IMG/VR virus record: IMGVR_UViG_3300045988_141277
Coordinates: 1 to 42,539 of that record
Direction: 5' to 3' (one strand)
DNA: 42,539 bases
From: a virus
The position numbers and the translations under genes are program-made. Positions 35,438 to 42,539 of the stretch are shown in pieces. The notes beneath the pieces are model-generated. The model searched no databases. It was not told where the DNA came from and was given only the letters and a program-made list of their open reading frames with translations. Position 1 is the first letter of the stretch; every line of letters starts with the position of its first letter.

Positions 35438-35665
35438 TTATGCGATAAAATCTAGGTATGCATGATCTAAGATGTCGTATAATTTTTCTGATTGTCGTTT
35501 ATAAGTTTTGTATGCTTGATTGATAATAGCTTCTTTTTCTTCTGTCGATATGTCAGTTCTTCCTGAGTTGTCTAAGAATATTTTGTAGTATGCTAAGTAG
35601 TTTTTCTTGTCTTGAGCTTCAACAAGCTCTTTTACATCTTCATAGATTTGTTTTTTACTCTTCAT
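35438..35665 (-). CDS. hypothetical protein
   Basis: 75-aa ORF. Confidence 0.5.
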   Translation of the reverse strand: MKSKKQIYEDVKELVEAQDKKNYLAYYKIFLDNSGRTDISTEEKEAIINQAYKTYKRQSEKLYDILDHAYLDFIA

Positions 35666-35679
35666 TTGTTATTCCCCCC

Positions 35680-35784
35680 TTATCTCCAGTTACATTTTGA
35701 GTTCATTAACTCTATAAGTTGCTTTACAGTCATGTTTGGATATTTACTTGCTAAGTAGTTTAGGACCTCTGGTGTACATTTCAT
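35680..35784 (-). CDS. hypothetical 34-aa protein
   Basis: RBS AAGGAGGTGG. ATGA start/stop overlap with the upstream gene. Confidence 0.4.
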   Translation of the reverse strand: MKCTPEVLNYLASKYPNMTVKQLIELMNSKCNWR

Positions 35785-36059
35785 CTAACCACCTCCTTTA
35801 CACCTTCGATAACTGCATCTAATACTTGATGCATCTTTGAAATTGTGTATTCTGTGTCTCTACTTCCTGTTGATGTGTATAGAAATGTGTCTTTTGTTTT
35901 GTATTGGTCTATTCTAAGAGTTAGACTGTAAAATGGTTTGTCTATTCCTTTTAGGTGATGTAATCCTAGAAAAGCACTTATGAAACCACTATTTTCGTTG
36001 ATGTATTCAACTTTATCAAATAGCTTATTTACTTCTTTTCTGAACTCTTGATTTGTCAT
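35781..36059 (-). CDS. hypothetical protein
   Basis: 92-aa ORF. Confidence 0.5.
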   Translation of the reverse strand: MTNQEFRKEVNKLFDKVEYINENSGFISAFLGLHHLKGIDKPFYSLTLRIDQYKTKDTFLYTSTGSRDTEYTISKMHQVLDAVIEGVKEVVR

Positions 36060-36073
36060 TTGTTTTCCCTCCT

Positions 36074-36247
36074 TTATACAGCTTTCATATTTCTTCTTTT
36101 ACATTCCCCTAGTTGATAAAATATTTCTTCGTCTTTAAATAACTTATTGCATATGTCGTAAACTCTTTCTAAGTTCTCTCTAGAAGGTGTTAATGGACTT
36201 TTTACAGTTATCTTAACCCCTCCATTTTGATATCGTTTTTCTTTCAT
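36074..36247 (-). CDS. hypothetical 57-aa protein
   Basis: RBS GGGGGTG lies 7 nt upstream of the ATG. The ORF is below the track cutoff. Confidence 0.5.
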   Translation of the reverse strand: MKEKRYQNGGVKITVKSPLTPSRENLERVYDICNKLFKDEEIFYQLGECKRRNMKAV

Positions 36248-36289
36248 ATTGCTGCACCCCCTAATAAAATATGATGTCTAAAATTTGTC

Positions 36290-36373
36290 CTATTCGTGGA
36301 TGCTTCTCCACCAAGCTCCAAATACGAAGCCTAAGCTAAATATGATACTTACTGCTATGTATTTTGCTATCAT
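36290..36373 (-). CDS. possible 27-aa membrane peptide
   Basis: MIAKYIAVSIIFSLGFVFGAWWRSIHE. RBS GGGGGC. Confidence 0.3.
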   Translation of the reverse strand: MIAKYIAVSIIFSLGFVFGAWWRSIHE

Positions 36374-36382
36374 ATATGCCCC

Positions 36383-36586
36383 CTATCTCGAATAATCTAC
36401 TACTGTGTTATTGCCTTGTTTTCTAAGTAGTGCAAACTTGTTTTGTAACACGTGGAACATCTTTATTTCTGCTTGGTATGGAGTTATGATGCTCCATTCT
36501 TCTCTAAAACCTCTAGCTCTTAATATGTCTGATACTACTTCTACTTCTTTTTTTATGAAGTGTTCTGTTCCTGTATATACTGCCAT
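36383..36586 (-). CDS. hypothetical protein
   Basis: 67-aa ORF. Confidence 0.5.
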   Translation of the reverse strand: MAVYTGTEHFIKKEVEVVSDILRARGFREEWSIITPYQAEIKMFHVLQNKFALLRKQGNNTVVDYSR

Positions 36587-36587
36587 G

Positions 36588-37001
36588 CTAATTACCTCCT
36601 AAAAGTCCTCTTTCGTTAACTTCGTTTAATAACTGTTCATCTGTATACTGAGATAAAATTTGTTTTACCTTTTGGTTTTCTTTTTCTAACTTTTTATAGT
36701 AATTTTGAACCCTTTCCTCCATTGCTTTATTTGTTATAAACTCTACATGTTGCACACAATAATTAAGAACTATTGTCATAAATTCATCATCATTTATTTT
36801 TTGATCTATCCCTAATATATCGTCAATGTATTCAAATCCTTCGTCAGAGTTATCTCCTATGTAAACCTTTATGTAATGAGGATATCTTTCATCTATTGCG
36901 AATTTAAGACTTCCAGCCCCTATTTCTATCACTCTAACATTTACTTTCTCTATTCTTATATCACCAAAGTATGTGAAACTTAGTTTTTTATTATCTTCCA
37001 T
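36588..37001 (-). CDS. hypothetical protein
   Basis: 137-aa ORF. Confidence 0.5.
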   Translation of the reverse strand: MEDNKKLSFTYFGDIRIEKVNVRVIEIGAGSLKFAIDERYPHYIKVYIGDNSDEGFEYIDDILGIDQKINDDEFMTIVLNYCVQHVEFITNKAMEERVQNYYKKLEKENQKVKQILSQYTDEQLLNEVNERGLLGGN

Positions 37002-37029
37002 ATTTAGTTACCCCCTAAATTAATACTTC

Positions 37030-37848
37030 TTATTTACTTTTTTCGTTTTCTTCTAGTAATTTTTCAAGATCTTTTTCTTTCAGAAGTTTTTCAATGATTT
37101 TTATTTCGCCTTTACCAGTTACTCTTGTTGTTCTAAATGTGAATATTCCTCTTGCTGTTTTCTTAGTACCTTCTGATACTTCTAAATAACCTCTTTCAAC
37201 TGCATATTGAGTAGCTTCTGTTGAGTTTTTACATACCCAGCCCCAACTTCTCAGTCTTTCATATAATCTTCTTTCTCCTATAAGTATCTTGCTATTTGAT
37301 TTTGAGATTGCTTTAGCAGTTTCTCTAACTAATTTTGTGTTTTGTGATATAGATATTTGAGTTATCACTCTGTCTTTTTCTGCAATTTCTTTTTTAGCAT
37401 CTTCCAGTAATTTGTTTTTATTGTCTATTGTCTTTTGCGCTACTATTAAAGCTTTAGCCATTATTGTTTCATCATCTTCGCCTTCATCGTGTGGTATGTA
37501 GCCACCAGTTTTTCTAATTTGTGGTAATACTTCATCAAAAACCCAACTTTCAAACTTCTCTGCACTTGGCAATTTTGAGCTTATAATCAATCTATAAATA
37601 TCACCTTCTGGAATAACTTTAAATTGTTGACGACGTCCTAACGAATCGTTACCCCATATCATTTTAGATTTTTTACAGTGGTCATTTGTTGCTTTACTAG
37701 GATTTGTATATCCTAAAGCTCTAGCTATATCATTAGCTACAAACCAAGGTTCTTCATTAACAGCTATTGTTCTTATTTGACCAAATTCTTCACTTTCATA
37801 AACTTCTAAATTATTTACTAAATTGTTCATTTCATTTATTAGGCTCAT
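37030..37848 (-). CDS. antirepressor (BRO-N + KilA-C/ANT domains)
   Basis: The BRO-N motif is FGQIRTIAVNEEPWFVANDIARALGY. The C-terminal region is KilAC-like. Confidence 0.8.
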   Translation of the reverse strand: MSLINEMNNLVNNLEVYESEEFGQIRTIAVNEEPWFVANDIARALGYTNPSKATNDHCKKSKMIWGNDSLGRRQQFKVIPEGDIYRLIISSKLPSAEKFESWVFDEVLPQIRKTGGYIPHDEGEDDETIMAKALIVAQKTIDNKNKLLEDAKKEIAEKDRVITQISISQNTKLVRETAKAISKSNSKILIGERRLYERLRSWGWVCKNSTEATQYAVERGYLEVSEGTKKTARGIFTFRTTRVTGKGEIKIIEKLLKEKDLEKLLEENEKSK

Positions 37849-37863
37849 TTTAATCCTCCTTAA

Positions 37864-38106
37864 TTATAAATTACTGCATACTTTTCTTGATTGAGTATCC
37901 TTTATGTGGACTTCGTGACTAAAAAAAAGTTCTTCTATGCTGACGTCAAATAAATCAGCCATCGTCTTAGCTTCGGTTAATGTTATTTTTCTTCTTCCTG
38001 TTTCTTTATTTGCATAACTTGTTTTAGTTACTCCTAATACTTTTGCTAAATCTTCTTGAGTGTAACCATATACATTTCTGTATATTTTTAAATTCATCAA
38101 GTTCAT
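37864..38106 (-). CDS. Cro-like XRE-family HTH regulator
   Basis: HTH YTQEDLAKVLGVTKTSYANKETG. The gene is divergent from the repressor gene. Confidence 0.8.
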   Translation of the reverse strand: MNLMNLKIYRNVYGYTQEDLAKVLGVTKTSYANKETGRRKITLTEAKTMADLFDVSIEELFFSHEVHIKDTQSRKVCSNL

Positions 38107-38138
38107 TCTTGCACCTCCTTGATTTAATTTATACTTTT

Positions 38139-38167
38139 ATTATATATACGTTTCGTGTACTTGTCAA
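38139..38167 (-). promoter_or_regulatory. consensus early lytic promoter (TTGACA-17-TATAAT)
   Basis: The minus strand reads TTGACA (38162..38167), a 17-nt spacer, then TATAAT (38139..38144). Confidence 0.75.
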
Positions 38168-38205
38168 TAGTTTTTCCGAAAAAGTTTTCTGTTTGTTATA
38201 CTTTC

Positions 38206-38245
38206 TTGAAATAACAATTATTCGTTCGATTAAATATGTTATAAT
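38206..38245 (+). promoter_or_regulatory. candidate repressor promoter(s), extended -10 TGTTATAAT
   Basis: TTGAAA (38206..38211). TGnTATAAT at 38237..38245. The palindrome TTTTTCCGAAAAA (38171..38183) lies between the divergent promoters. Confidence 0.5.
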
Positions 38246-38326
38246 TACTTTATAATTTAGAGGGAATAGTATTCAGAAAGTAGAATATTATATATAGAGG
38301 GAAATGAGTGAGAAAGAAGGAAAAAC

Positions 38327-38656
38327 ATGATGAAAACACAAGGAAATATACTAAGAGAATTGCGACTGGAAAAAGATATTACGCAGGAAGATTTGGGAAA
38401 AGTTTTGAACGTAAGTAAACAAACTGTAAACAATTGGGAGAATAATAGAAGAAAATGTGATTCAGATACTTTGTTTAAGTTAGCAAAATTTTTCGGTGTT
38501 ACAGTTGATTATTTGTTAGGGATTAATGAAAATAAAAAGCCTATCAAAGATTTAACAGAAAAGCAAAAGCGAGCACTTCAGCTGGCAGACCAATTATCTG
38601 ATGAAGAATTTAACAATATAATAAGGCTTGTAATAAGCATGAAAAGAGGGACTTAA
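38327..38656 (+). CDS. cI-like XRE-family repressor
   Basis: HTH ITQEDLGKVLNVSKQTVNNWENN. The gene is divergent from cro and sits in the lysogeny module. Confidence 0.8.
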   Translation: MMKTQGNILRELRLEKDITQEDLGKVLNVSKQTVNNWENNRRKCDSDTLFKLAKFFGVTVDYLLGINENKKPIKDLTEKQKRALQLADQLSDEEFNNIIRLVISMKRGT

Positions 38657-38676
38657 TTCTAAGCCCCTCTTTTTTA
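38642..38676. terminator. bidirectional intrinsic terminator after the repressor gene
   Basis: AAAAGAGGG...CCCTCTTTTTT. Confidence 0.7.
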
Positions 38677-38793
38677 CACAGATTTATTTTTTTCTACTTG
38701 TTTTTGCATTTTTTTTATTATATCTTCTAATATTTCATCGTCTACTAATAATATTTCTTCTTTTCTTTCTAATAATGCACTCTTTTCTTTCAA
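38674..38793 (-). CDS. possible 39-aa acidic helical protein (TTG start)
   Basis: RBS AAGGGGG lies 8 nt upstream of the TTG. Translation is MKEKSALLERKEEILLVDDEILEDIIKKMQKQVEKNKSV. Confidence 0.3.
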   Translation of the reverse strand: MKEKSALLERKEEILLVDDEILEDIIKKMQKQVEKNKSV

Positions 38794-38819
38794 ATAGATT
38801 CCCCCTTAACTCGTTTTTC

Positions 38820-38837
38820 ATAGAACAAATGTTCTAT
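38820..38837. promoter_or_regulatory. 18-bp palindrome ATAGAACA-AA-TGTTCTAT (candidate operator)
   Basis: Perfect 8+8 inverted repeat just upstream of the small minus-strand ORF. Confidence 0.4.
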
Positions 38838-38990
38838 TTTATTCTTTATATATATTATACACCAAGTCATAAGTTATATATATTATTTTTCCGAAATATT
38901 TATAATATTATTATACTACTAAACATTAAGTTAAAAGAGGTATTTTGATATATTTTACATGTATATAGGGGAAAAATTATTTTTTTATCA

Positions 38991-39012
38991 AATTATGTTG
39001 GAATTATGTTGG
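38991..39012. repeat. tandem 11-bp direct repeat AATTATGTTGG x2
   Basis: Read directly from the sequence, about 70 nt upstream of the lipoprotein gene. Confidence 0.8.
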
Positions 39013-39078
39013 AAAGTGATGCTATCAACATAGCTTTCTGCTACAATTTAAGAAAAAACAAAGGGGAGTTTATAAGTT

Positions 39079-39732
39079 ATGAAGAAACTATTAAGTATCA
39101 TTTTAAGTGCTATGTTATGTTTAAGTTTTGTAGGTTGCAGCAATAATAATACTACTGTTAAATCATCTTCTCAACAAGAATCTAGCAATCAAACTAGTAA
39201 TCAAAGTGAAAAAGATGATAGTAAGGTTAGTTTTTCATTAAGTGATGGTACGTTTAAGGTTGGAAAAGATTTAGATCCAGGAATTTATGTTCTAGTTAAA
39301 CAAGATGGTGAATTTATGGGAAGCTTTGATATCACAACGGACACTACAGGCGATGTTGAATCTTCTGTTGACTCAAATGCATTTGAAAACTTTTCTTACA
39401 TAGAAGTAAAAGATGGTCAGTATTTACAGTTAAATAAATGTGATTTATATAAAGTTGACGAAATAAAAGATAAAGCTTTGGATTTTTCTAATCTTGATGA
39501 ACTTACAAACGGTATGTATATAGTAGGTGAAGATATACAACCTGGAGAACACAAATTAGAAGCTATAGATAGTGATTCAGACGGATGGTTTTGCTTATAT
39601 AATAATTTAGGGGATGGCTATAAGAATGCTCCAGATTTACAAACAGCTGACTATTTTTCAGGAAGTAAATTAATAACATTAAAAGAAGGGCAATATTTGA
39701 AATTAGATAGTAATACAAAAGTTATAAAATAG
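39079..39732 (+). CDS. secreted lipoprotein with two internal repeat domains (candidate superinfection exclusion factor)
   Basis: Signal peptide with lipobox LSFVG-C. Repeats are DGTFKVGKDLDPGIYVLV and NGMYIVGEDIQPGEHKLEAI. The gene lies between the repressor and integrase genes. Confidence 0.75.
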   Translation: MKKLLSIILSAMLCLSFVGCSNNNTTVKSSSQQESSNQTSNQSEKDDSKVSFSLSDGTFKVGKDLDPGIYVLVKQDGEFMGSFDITTDTTGDVESSVDSNAFENFSYIEVKDGQYLQLNKCDLYKVDEIKDKALDFSNLDELTNGMYIVGEDIQPGEHKLEAIDSDSDGWFCLYNNLGDGYKNAPDLQTADYFSGSKLITLKEGQYLKLDSNTKVIK

Positions 39733-39753
39733 AAATAATATAGATAAACATCA

Positions 39754-39780
39754 GGGCAGTTTTACCAGCTGCTCTTTTTT
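39754..39780 (+). terminator. intrinsic terminator after the lipoprotein gene
   Basis: GGGCAG...CTGCTC followed by TTTTTT. Confidence 0.55.
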
Positions 39781-39794
39781 AAGGAGGAAATAAG

Positions 39795-41321
39795 ATGTAT
39801 GCAATGTATTTAAGGAAAAGCCGTGCTGATGATAAGGATATTCCATTAGAAAAGGTCCTAAAAAATCATTACAATATGCTAACGGAATTAGCTGACAAGT
39901 TAAAAATACAGATAGAAGAAGAAAATGTATTTCGAGAAATAGAAACTGGAGATAGTATTTCTATCCGTCCAAAGATGCAAGACCTACTAGAAAAAGTATC
40001 AGAGGGATTATATGAAGGTGTTTTTTGCACAGAATTATCAAGGTTATGTAGAGGTAGTAAGATAGACCAGGAAATTGTATCTAGTACCTTTACTGCTGCG
40101 GAATGTAAAATAATTACACCAAGTAAGACTTATGACCTTGCAAATAATGAGTTCGATGAAGAAATGGTCGACTTCGGACTGTTCATGTCTAGGAGAGAGT
40201 ATAAAACTATTACTAAACGTATGCAACGAGGTAGAGAACAATCTGTAAAACAAGGTAAATACATAGGTTCTATTCTTCCTTATGGCTATAATAAAGAGAA
40301 ATTAGAAGGAGAAAATGGCTTTAGGTTAGTTATAAACGAAGAAGAAGCACATATAGTCAGATTAATATTTAAGTGGTTTTTAGAAGATAGTGCTGGAGCT
40401 AGTATAATAGCGAAAAGGCTTAATCAAGGCGGTTATCCTTCCAGAAGCGGTCGTGTATGGAGCTATAGTTCAGTAAAAAATATATTAACAAGCAATGTAG
40501 TAGCTGGATATCTTAAACATGGAGAAAGAAAATATAAAAAATATATAGATACAAAAGGTAATGTAAAAAAATCTAGACCAGTAAATGCTGCTGTTGAATA
40601 TTATAAAGGACTGCATGAGGCTATTATACCTTTAAGTGACTTTGAGAAAGTGCAAGATATATTAAATTCTAGAAAGCAGCATAAGTCTAACTTTGATTTA
40701 CCACTTAGTAATCCGCTTGCTGGATTAATAAGATGCTCTGAATGCAATAGAGTTATGGTAAAAAGGAGATGCGCTCAAGGTGATTTCTTATATTGTTCTA
40801 CTACTGGTTGTAAAAATATAGGTTCTTATCTAAATAGAGTTGAAGAACATATTTTACAGGCGTTATCAAATACATTATCTGATTATGAATATTATGTAGA
40901 TAATTATGAGCAAGAAACGATAAAAGAAAAAAGAAATGTAGACAATGATCTAAAAAGAATTGAAAAAGAAATTGAGAAACTAAATAAGCAATTTGAAAAA
41001 TGCTGTACATTCTTAGAACAAGATGTATATACTATAGAAATATTCAAGGATAGGACCAGTAAAATAAAAGATAAGATTAGAATACTAGAAGAAAATAAAA
41101 AAGTATTAGAAAAAGAATTTGGCGACGATAAAGTTATAAAAATAAAAAAACTAATACCTGAGCTAGAAAATGTATTAAAAAATTATAATACCCTTAGTAT
41201 AGAAGGCAAAAACGAATTGCTAAAAAGCATTATAAAAGAGGCTATATATTCTAAAAAGAAAAAGTGTAAAAAAGGCAGCAATGAGGATTACTTTGAGTTA
41301 GAAATTACACTAAATATATAA
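39795..41321 (+). CDS. int: large serine recombinase (integrase)
   Basis: N-terminal resolvase motif YLRKSRAD, a recombinase domain, the zinc ribbon CSECNRV...CSTTGC, and a long C-terminal coiled coil. Confidence 0.9.
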   Translation: MYAMYLRKSRADDKDIPLEKVLKNHYNMLTELADKLKIQIEEENVFREIETGDSISIRPKMQDLLEKVSEGLYEGVFCTELSRLCRGSKIDQEIVSSTFTAAECKIITPSKTYDLANNEFDEEMVDFGLFMSRREYKTITKRMQRGREQSVKQGKYIGSILPYGYNKEKLEGENGFRLVINEEEAHIVRLIFKWFLEDSAGASIIAKRLNQGGYPSRSGRVWSYSSVKNILTSNVVAGYLKHGERKYKKYIDTKGNVKKSRPVNAAVEYYKGLHEAIIPLSDFEKVQDILNSRKQHKSNFDLPLSNPLAGLIRCSECNRVMVKRRCAQGDFLYCSTTGCKNIGSYLNRVEEHILQALSNTLSDYEYYVDNYEQETIKEKRNVDNDLKRIEKEIEKLNKQFEKCCTFLEQDVYTIEIFKDRTSKIKDKIRILEENKKVLEKEFGDDKVIKIKKLIPELENVLKNYNTLSIEGKNELLKSIIKEAIYSKKKKCKKGSNEDYFELEITLNI

Positions 41322-41324
41322 TTA

Positions 41325-41376
41325 TTATGTATAGCATTGATGTGCATATGAATTAGCTCGTTAATGCTATACATAA
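41325..41376. other. 52-bp dyad (14-bp perfect arms, 24-bp centre), candidate attP
   Basis: TTATGTATAGCATT (41325..41338) pairs with AATGCTATACATAA (41363..41376), immediately 3' of int. Confidence 0.35.
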
Positions 41377-41380
41377 AATA

Positions 41381-41413
41381 AGCTAGAGAATATAATTTCC
41401 CTAGCTATTTTTT
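41381..41413. terminator. bidirectional terminator shared by int and the convergent small ORF
   Basis: AGCTAG...CTAGCT flanked by A-runs and T-runs. Confidence 0.6.
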
Positions 41414-41426
41414 ATTTATTATTTCC

Positions 41427-41510
41427 CTACATCATTATCAATATAGCACTTGCTACTCCAATTCCTAGATATGCAATGCGCCCTGTTATCTCCAGCATTA
41501 TTTTTTTCAT
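41427..41510 (-). CDS. 27-aa hydrophobic peptide (type I toxin-like)
   Basis: The strong RBS GAAGGAGG lies 8 nt upstream of the ATG. Translation is MKKIMLEITGRIAYLGIGVASAILIMM. It has its own TTGAAA-18-TATAAA promoter (41555..41584). Confidence 0.45.
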   Translation of the reverse strand: MKKIMLEITGRIAYLGIGVASAILIMM

Positions 41511-41590
41511 AGTCATTACCTCCTTCGTTAGGATTATTAGCTGTATCTGGAATATTTATACAAATTTTAGAAAAAAATTTTCAAATTCGC

Positions 41591-41619
41591 TTGACTATTG
41601 GTAACCAATAGTATATTAT
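41591..41619 (+). promoter_or_regulatory. promoter TTGACT-17-TATTAT with a 19-bp perfect palindromic operator in the spacer
   Basis: The palindrome ACTATTGGTAACCAATAGT (41594..41612) spans the -35/-10 spacer. Confidence 0.65.
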
Positions 41620-41656
41620 ATAAGTATAATAAATAATAAGAAAGGGGTTAAGAAAG

Positions 41657-42109
41657 ATGAAAAAGAATTTAATGAAAAAAGCTCATGAAATGACAAGAGG
41701 AATGGTTGAAAAATATGGCGATGTAGATTATAGAACTCAATTAGGTTTATGTTTATCTTTCTTAGCTCAAGAGAGTAAAAAGGAAGGGGAAAAGAAAATG
41801 ACAATAATAAATAGAAAAAAATTCTTTAATGAGGTTAATAAATGGGATATATATAAATATCTAGAAAATAACTTTACAAAAGAAATTACACATCATTCAG
41901 CAGACGTAGGAAAAAATATATATGAAGTAAGATTTTATTTAGACGAAACTAAAAAACATATATTTTTACATTGTTACCATGATGAAGACGGTTGGAGAGA
42001 TTTCGATTATTTTGTAGGGGGTTTATTAAGATTTGTAAAAGAAAGTGAAGAAAATAAAGAAAAAGCAACTGAAATGTTTAGATATTTCGATTGTGTTGAA
42101 TCAGAGTAA
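41657..42109 (+). CDS. hypothetical 150-aa protein (first gene of the accessory operon)
   Basis: RBS AAAGGGG. An internal RBS-like AAGGAAGGGG precedes Met48, so this may be a fusion of two modules. Confidence 0.55.
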   Translation: MKKNLMKKAHEMTRGMVEKYGDVDYRTQLGLCLSFLAQESKKEGEKKMTIINRKKFFNEVNKWDIYKYLENNFTKEITHHSADVGKNIYEVRFYLDETKKHIFLHCYHDEDGWRDFDYFVGGLLRFVKESEENKEKATEMFRYFDCVESE

Positions 42110-42121
42110 AGGAGAAATAAC

Positions 42122-42319
42122 ATGGAACAAAGACAATTAAAAGTGAGTTGTTGTAAAGCTGGAGGCAATGCAAGTAAAAATGCATTGTCTTACAAGTTAA
42201 CTCTTCCAGTAGCATGGATTAAAGAAATGGGTATTAGTCCAGAAGATAGGGAAATAACAGCTACTTTTGAAAATAATAAAATTATAATAGAAAAGGGGAA
42301 TAAAAATGAAAGCTTATAA
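42122..42319 (+). CDS. AbrB/MazE/SpoVT-like small DNA-binding protein
   Basis: LTLPVAWIKEMGISPEDREITATFENNKIIIEK resembles a swapped-hairpin AbrB fold. RBS AAGGAG. Confidence 0.5.
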   Translation: MEQRQLKVSCCKAGGNASKNALSYKLTLPVAWIKEMGISPEDREITATFENNKIIIEKGNKNESL

Positions 42320-42539
42320 AACAAGAACTTGGAATGATTACAAAATCTTAAAGGAGGATTCTATCAACACAGTTGATGTAAGTGAAATAGCAGAAGTAAA
42401 ATTAGCTGAAAAAAATGGGAAACAATATATATTTGGAATAACAAATCATATAGATGATATATGGTGGCAAGGGTTCAAATTAGAATATGAATACGATGGT
42501 AGAGATTTATTCGAGTTATATCATCTATATAGAGAAGAT
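42306..42539 (+). CDS. hypothetical 85-aa protein, continues across the circular junction to 76
   Basis: The ATG overlaps the upstream stop by 14 nt. The frame is open to the window end and continues at 56..76. Confidence 0.55.
   Translation, partial: MKAYKTRTWNDYKILKEDSINTVDVSEIAEVKLAEKNGKQYIFGITNHIDDIWWQGFKLEYEYDGRDLFELYHLYRED
42485..42539. repeat. second copy of the 55-bp terminal repeat
   Basis: Identical to 1..55. Confidence 0.9.

Noticed and set aside
40044-41010. Minus-strand ORFs 40044..40253 and 40801..41010, and ORF 41616..41804
   Set aside because: The first two lie antisense within the serine integrase gene. The third lies antisense to the promoter and start of the accessory operon. 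None has an RBS, and all have shadow-frame composition.
1-42539. Diversity-generating retroelement, retron, or other RT-based system; toxin or virulence cargo
   Set aside because: No reverse-transcriptase-like ORF, no template/variable repeat pair, and no recognisable exotoxin gene were found in any frame.

Overview
The window is a complete, circularly closed genome of a temperate, very AT-rich siphovirus of Firmicutes/Clostridia type. The first 55 nt are identical to the last 55 nt, leaving about 42,484 bp of unique sequence. Almost all genes are on the minus strand. Read in the direction of minus-strand transcription (descending coordinates), the modules are: a cro-like/antirepressor early region (38106..35438); recombination and replication (RecT, replisome organizer/DnaD, DnaC-like loader; 35045..32390); assorted nucleases and homing-endonuclease-like genes (32332..29265); a late-activator-like gene (28963..28478); a 445-nt structured intergenic region; HNH, TerS and TerL packaging genes; portal, head and tail genes; a tape-measure gene; Dit, Tal and tail-fibre genes; an acyltransferase moron; and an XhlA/holin/amidase lysis cassette (1793..316). 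The plus strand carries the lysogeny and accessory genes: a cI-like repressor, a lipoprotein, a large serine integrase, and a three-gene accessory operon that runs across the circular junction. The main observation is that the tape-measure gene is split into three exons by two related group I introns, one of which carries an HNH homing endonuclease. Other points of interest are a terminator-bounded structured RNA candidate with a tRNA-like T-arm/acceptor minihelix, a lambda-type GGGAAAG -1 frameshift site in the tail chaperone genes, a terminator-gated lysis cassette, plus-strand-only terminators that imply antisense RNAs, a small hydrophobic toxin-like peptide gene, and an operator-controlled AbrB-like accessory operon. 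No CRISPR array, reverse transcriptase or canonical tRNA was seen. All function calls rest on motifs read by eye and on gene order. No database search was run.
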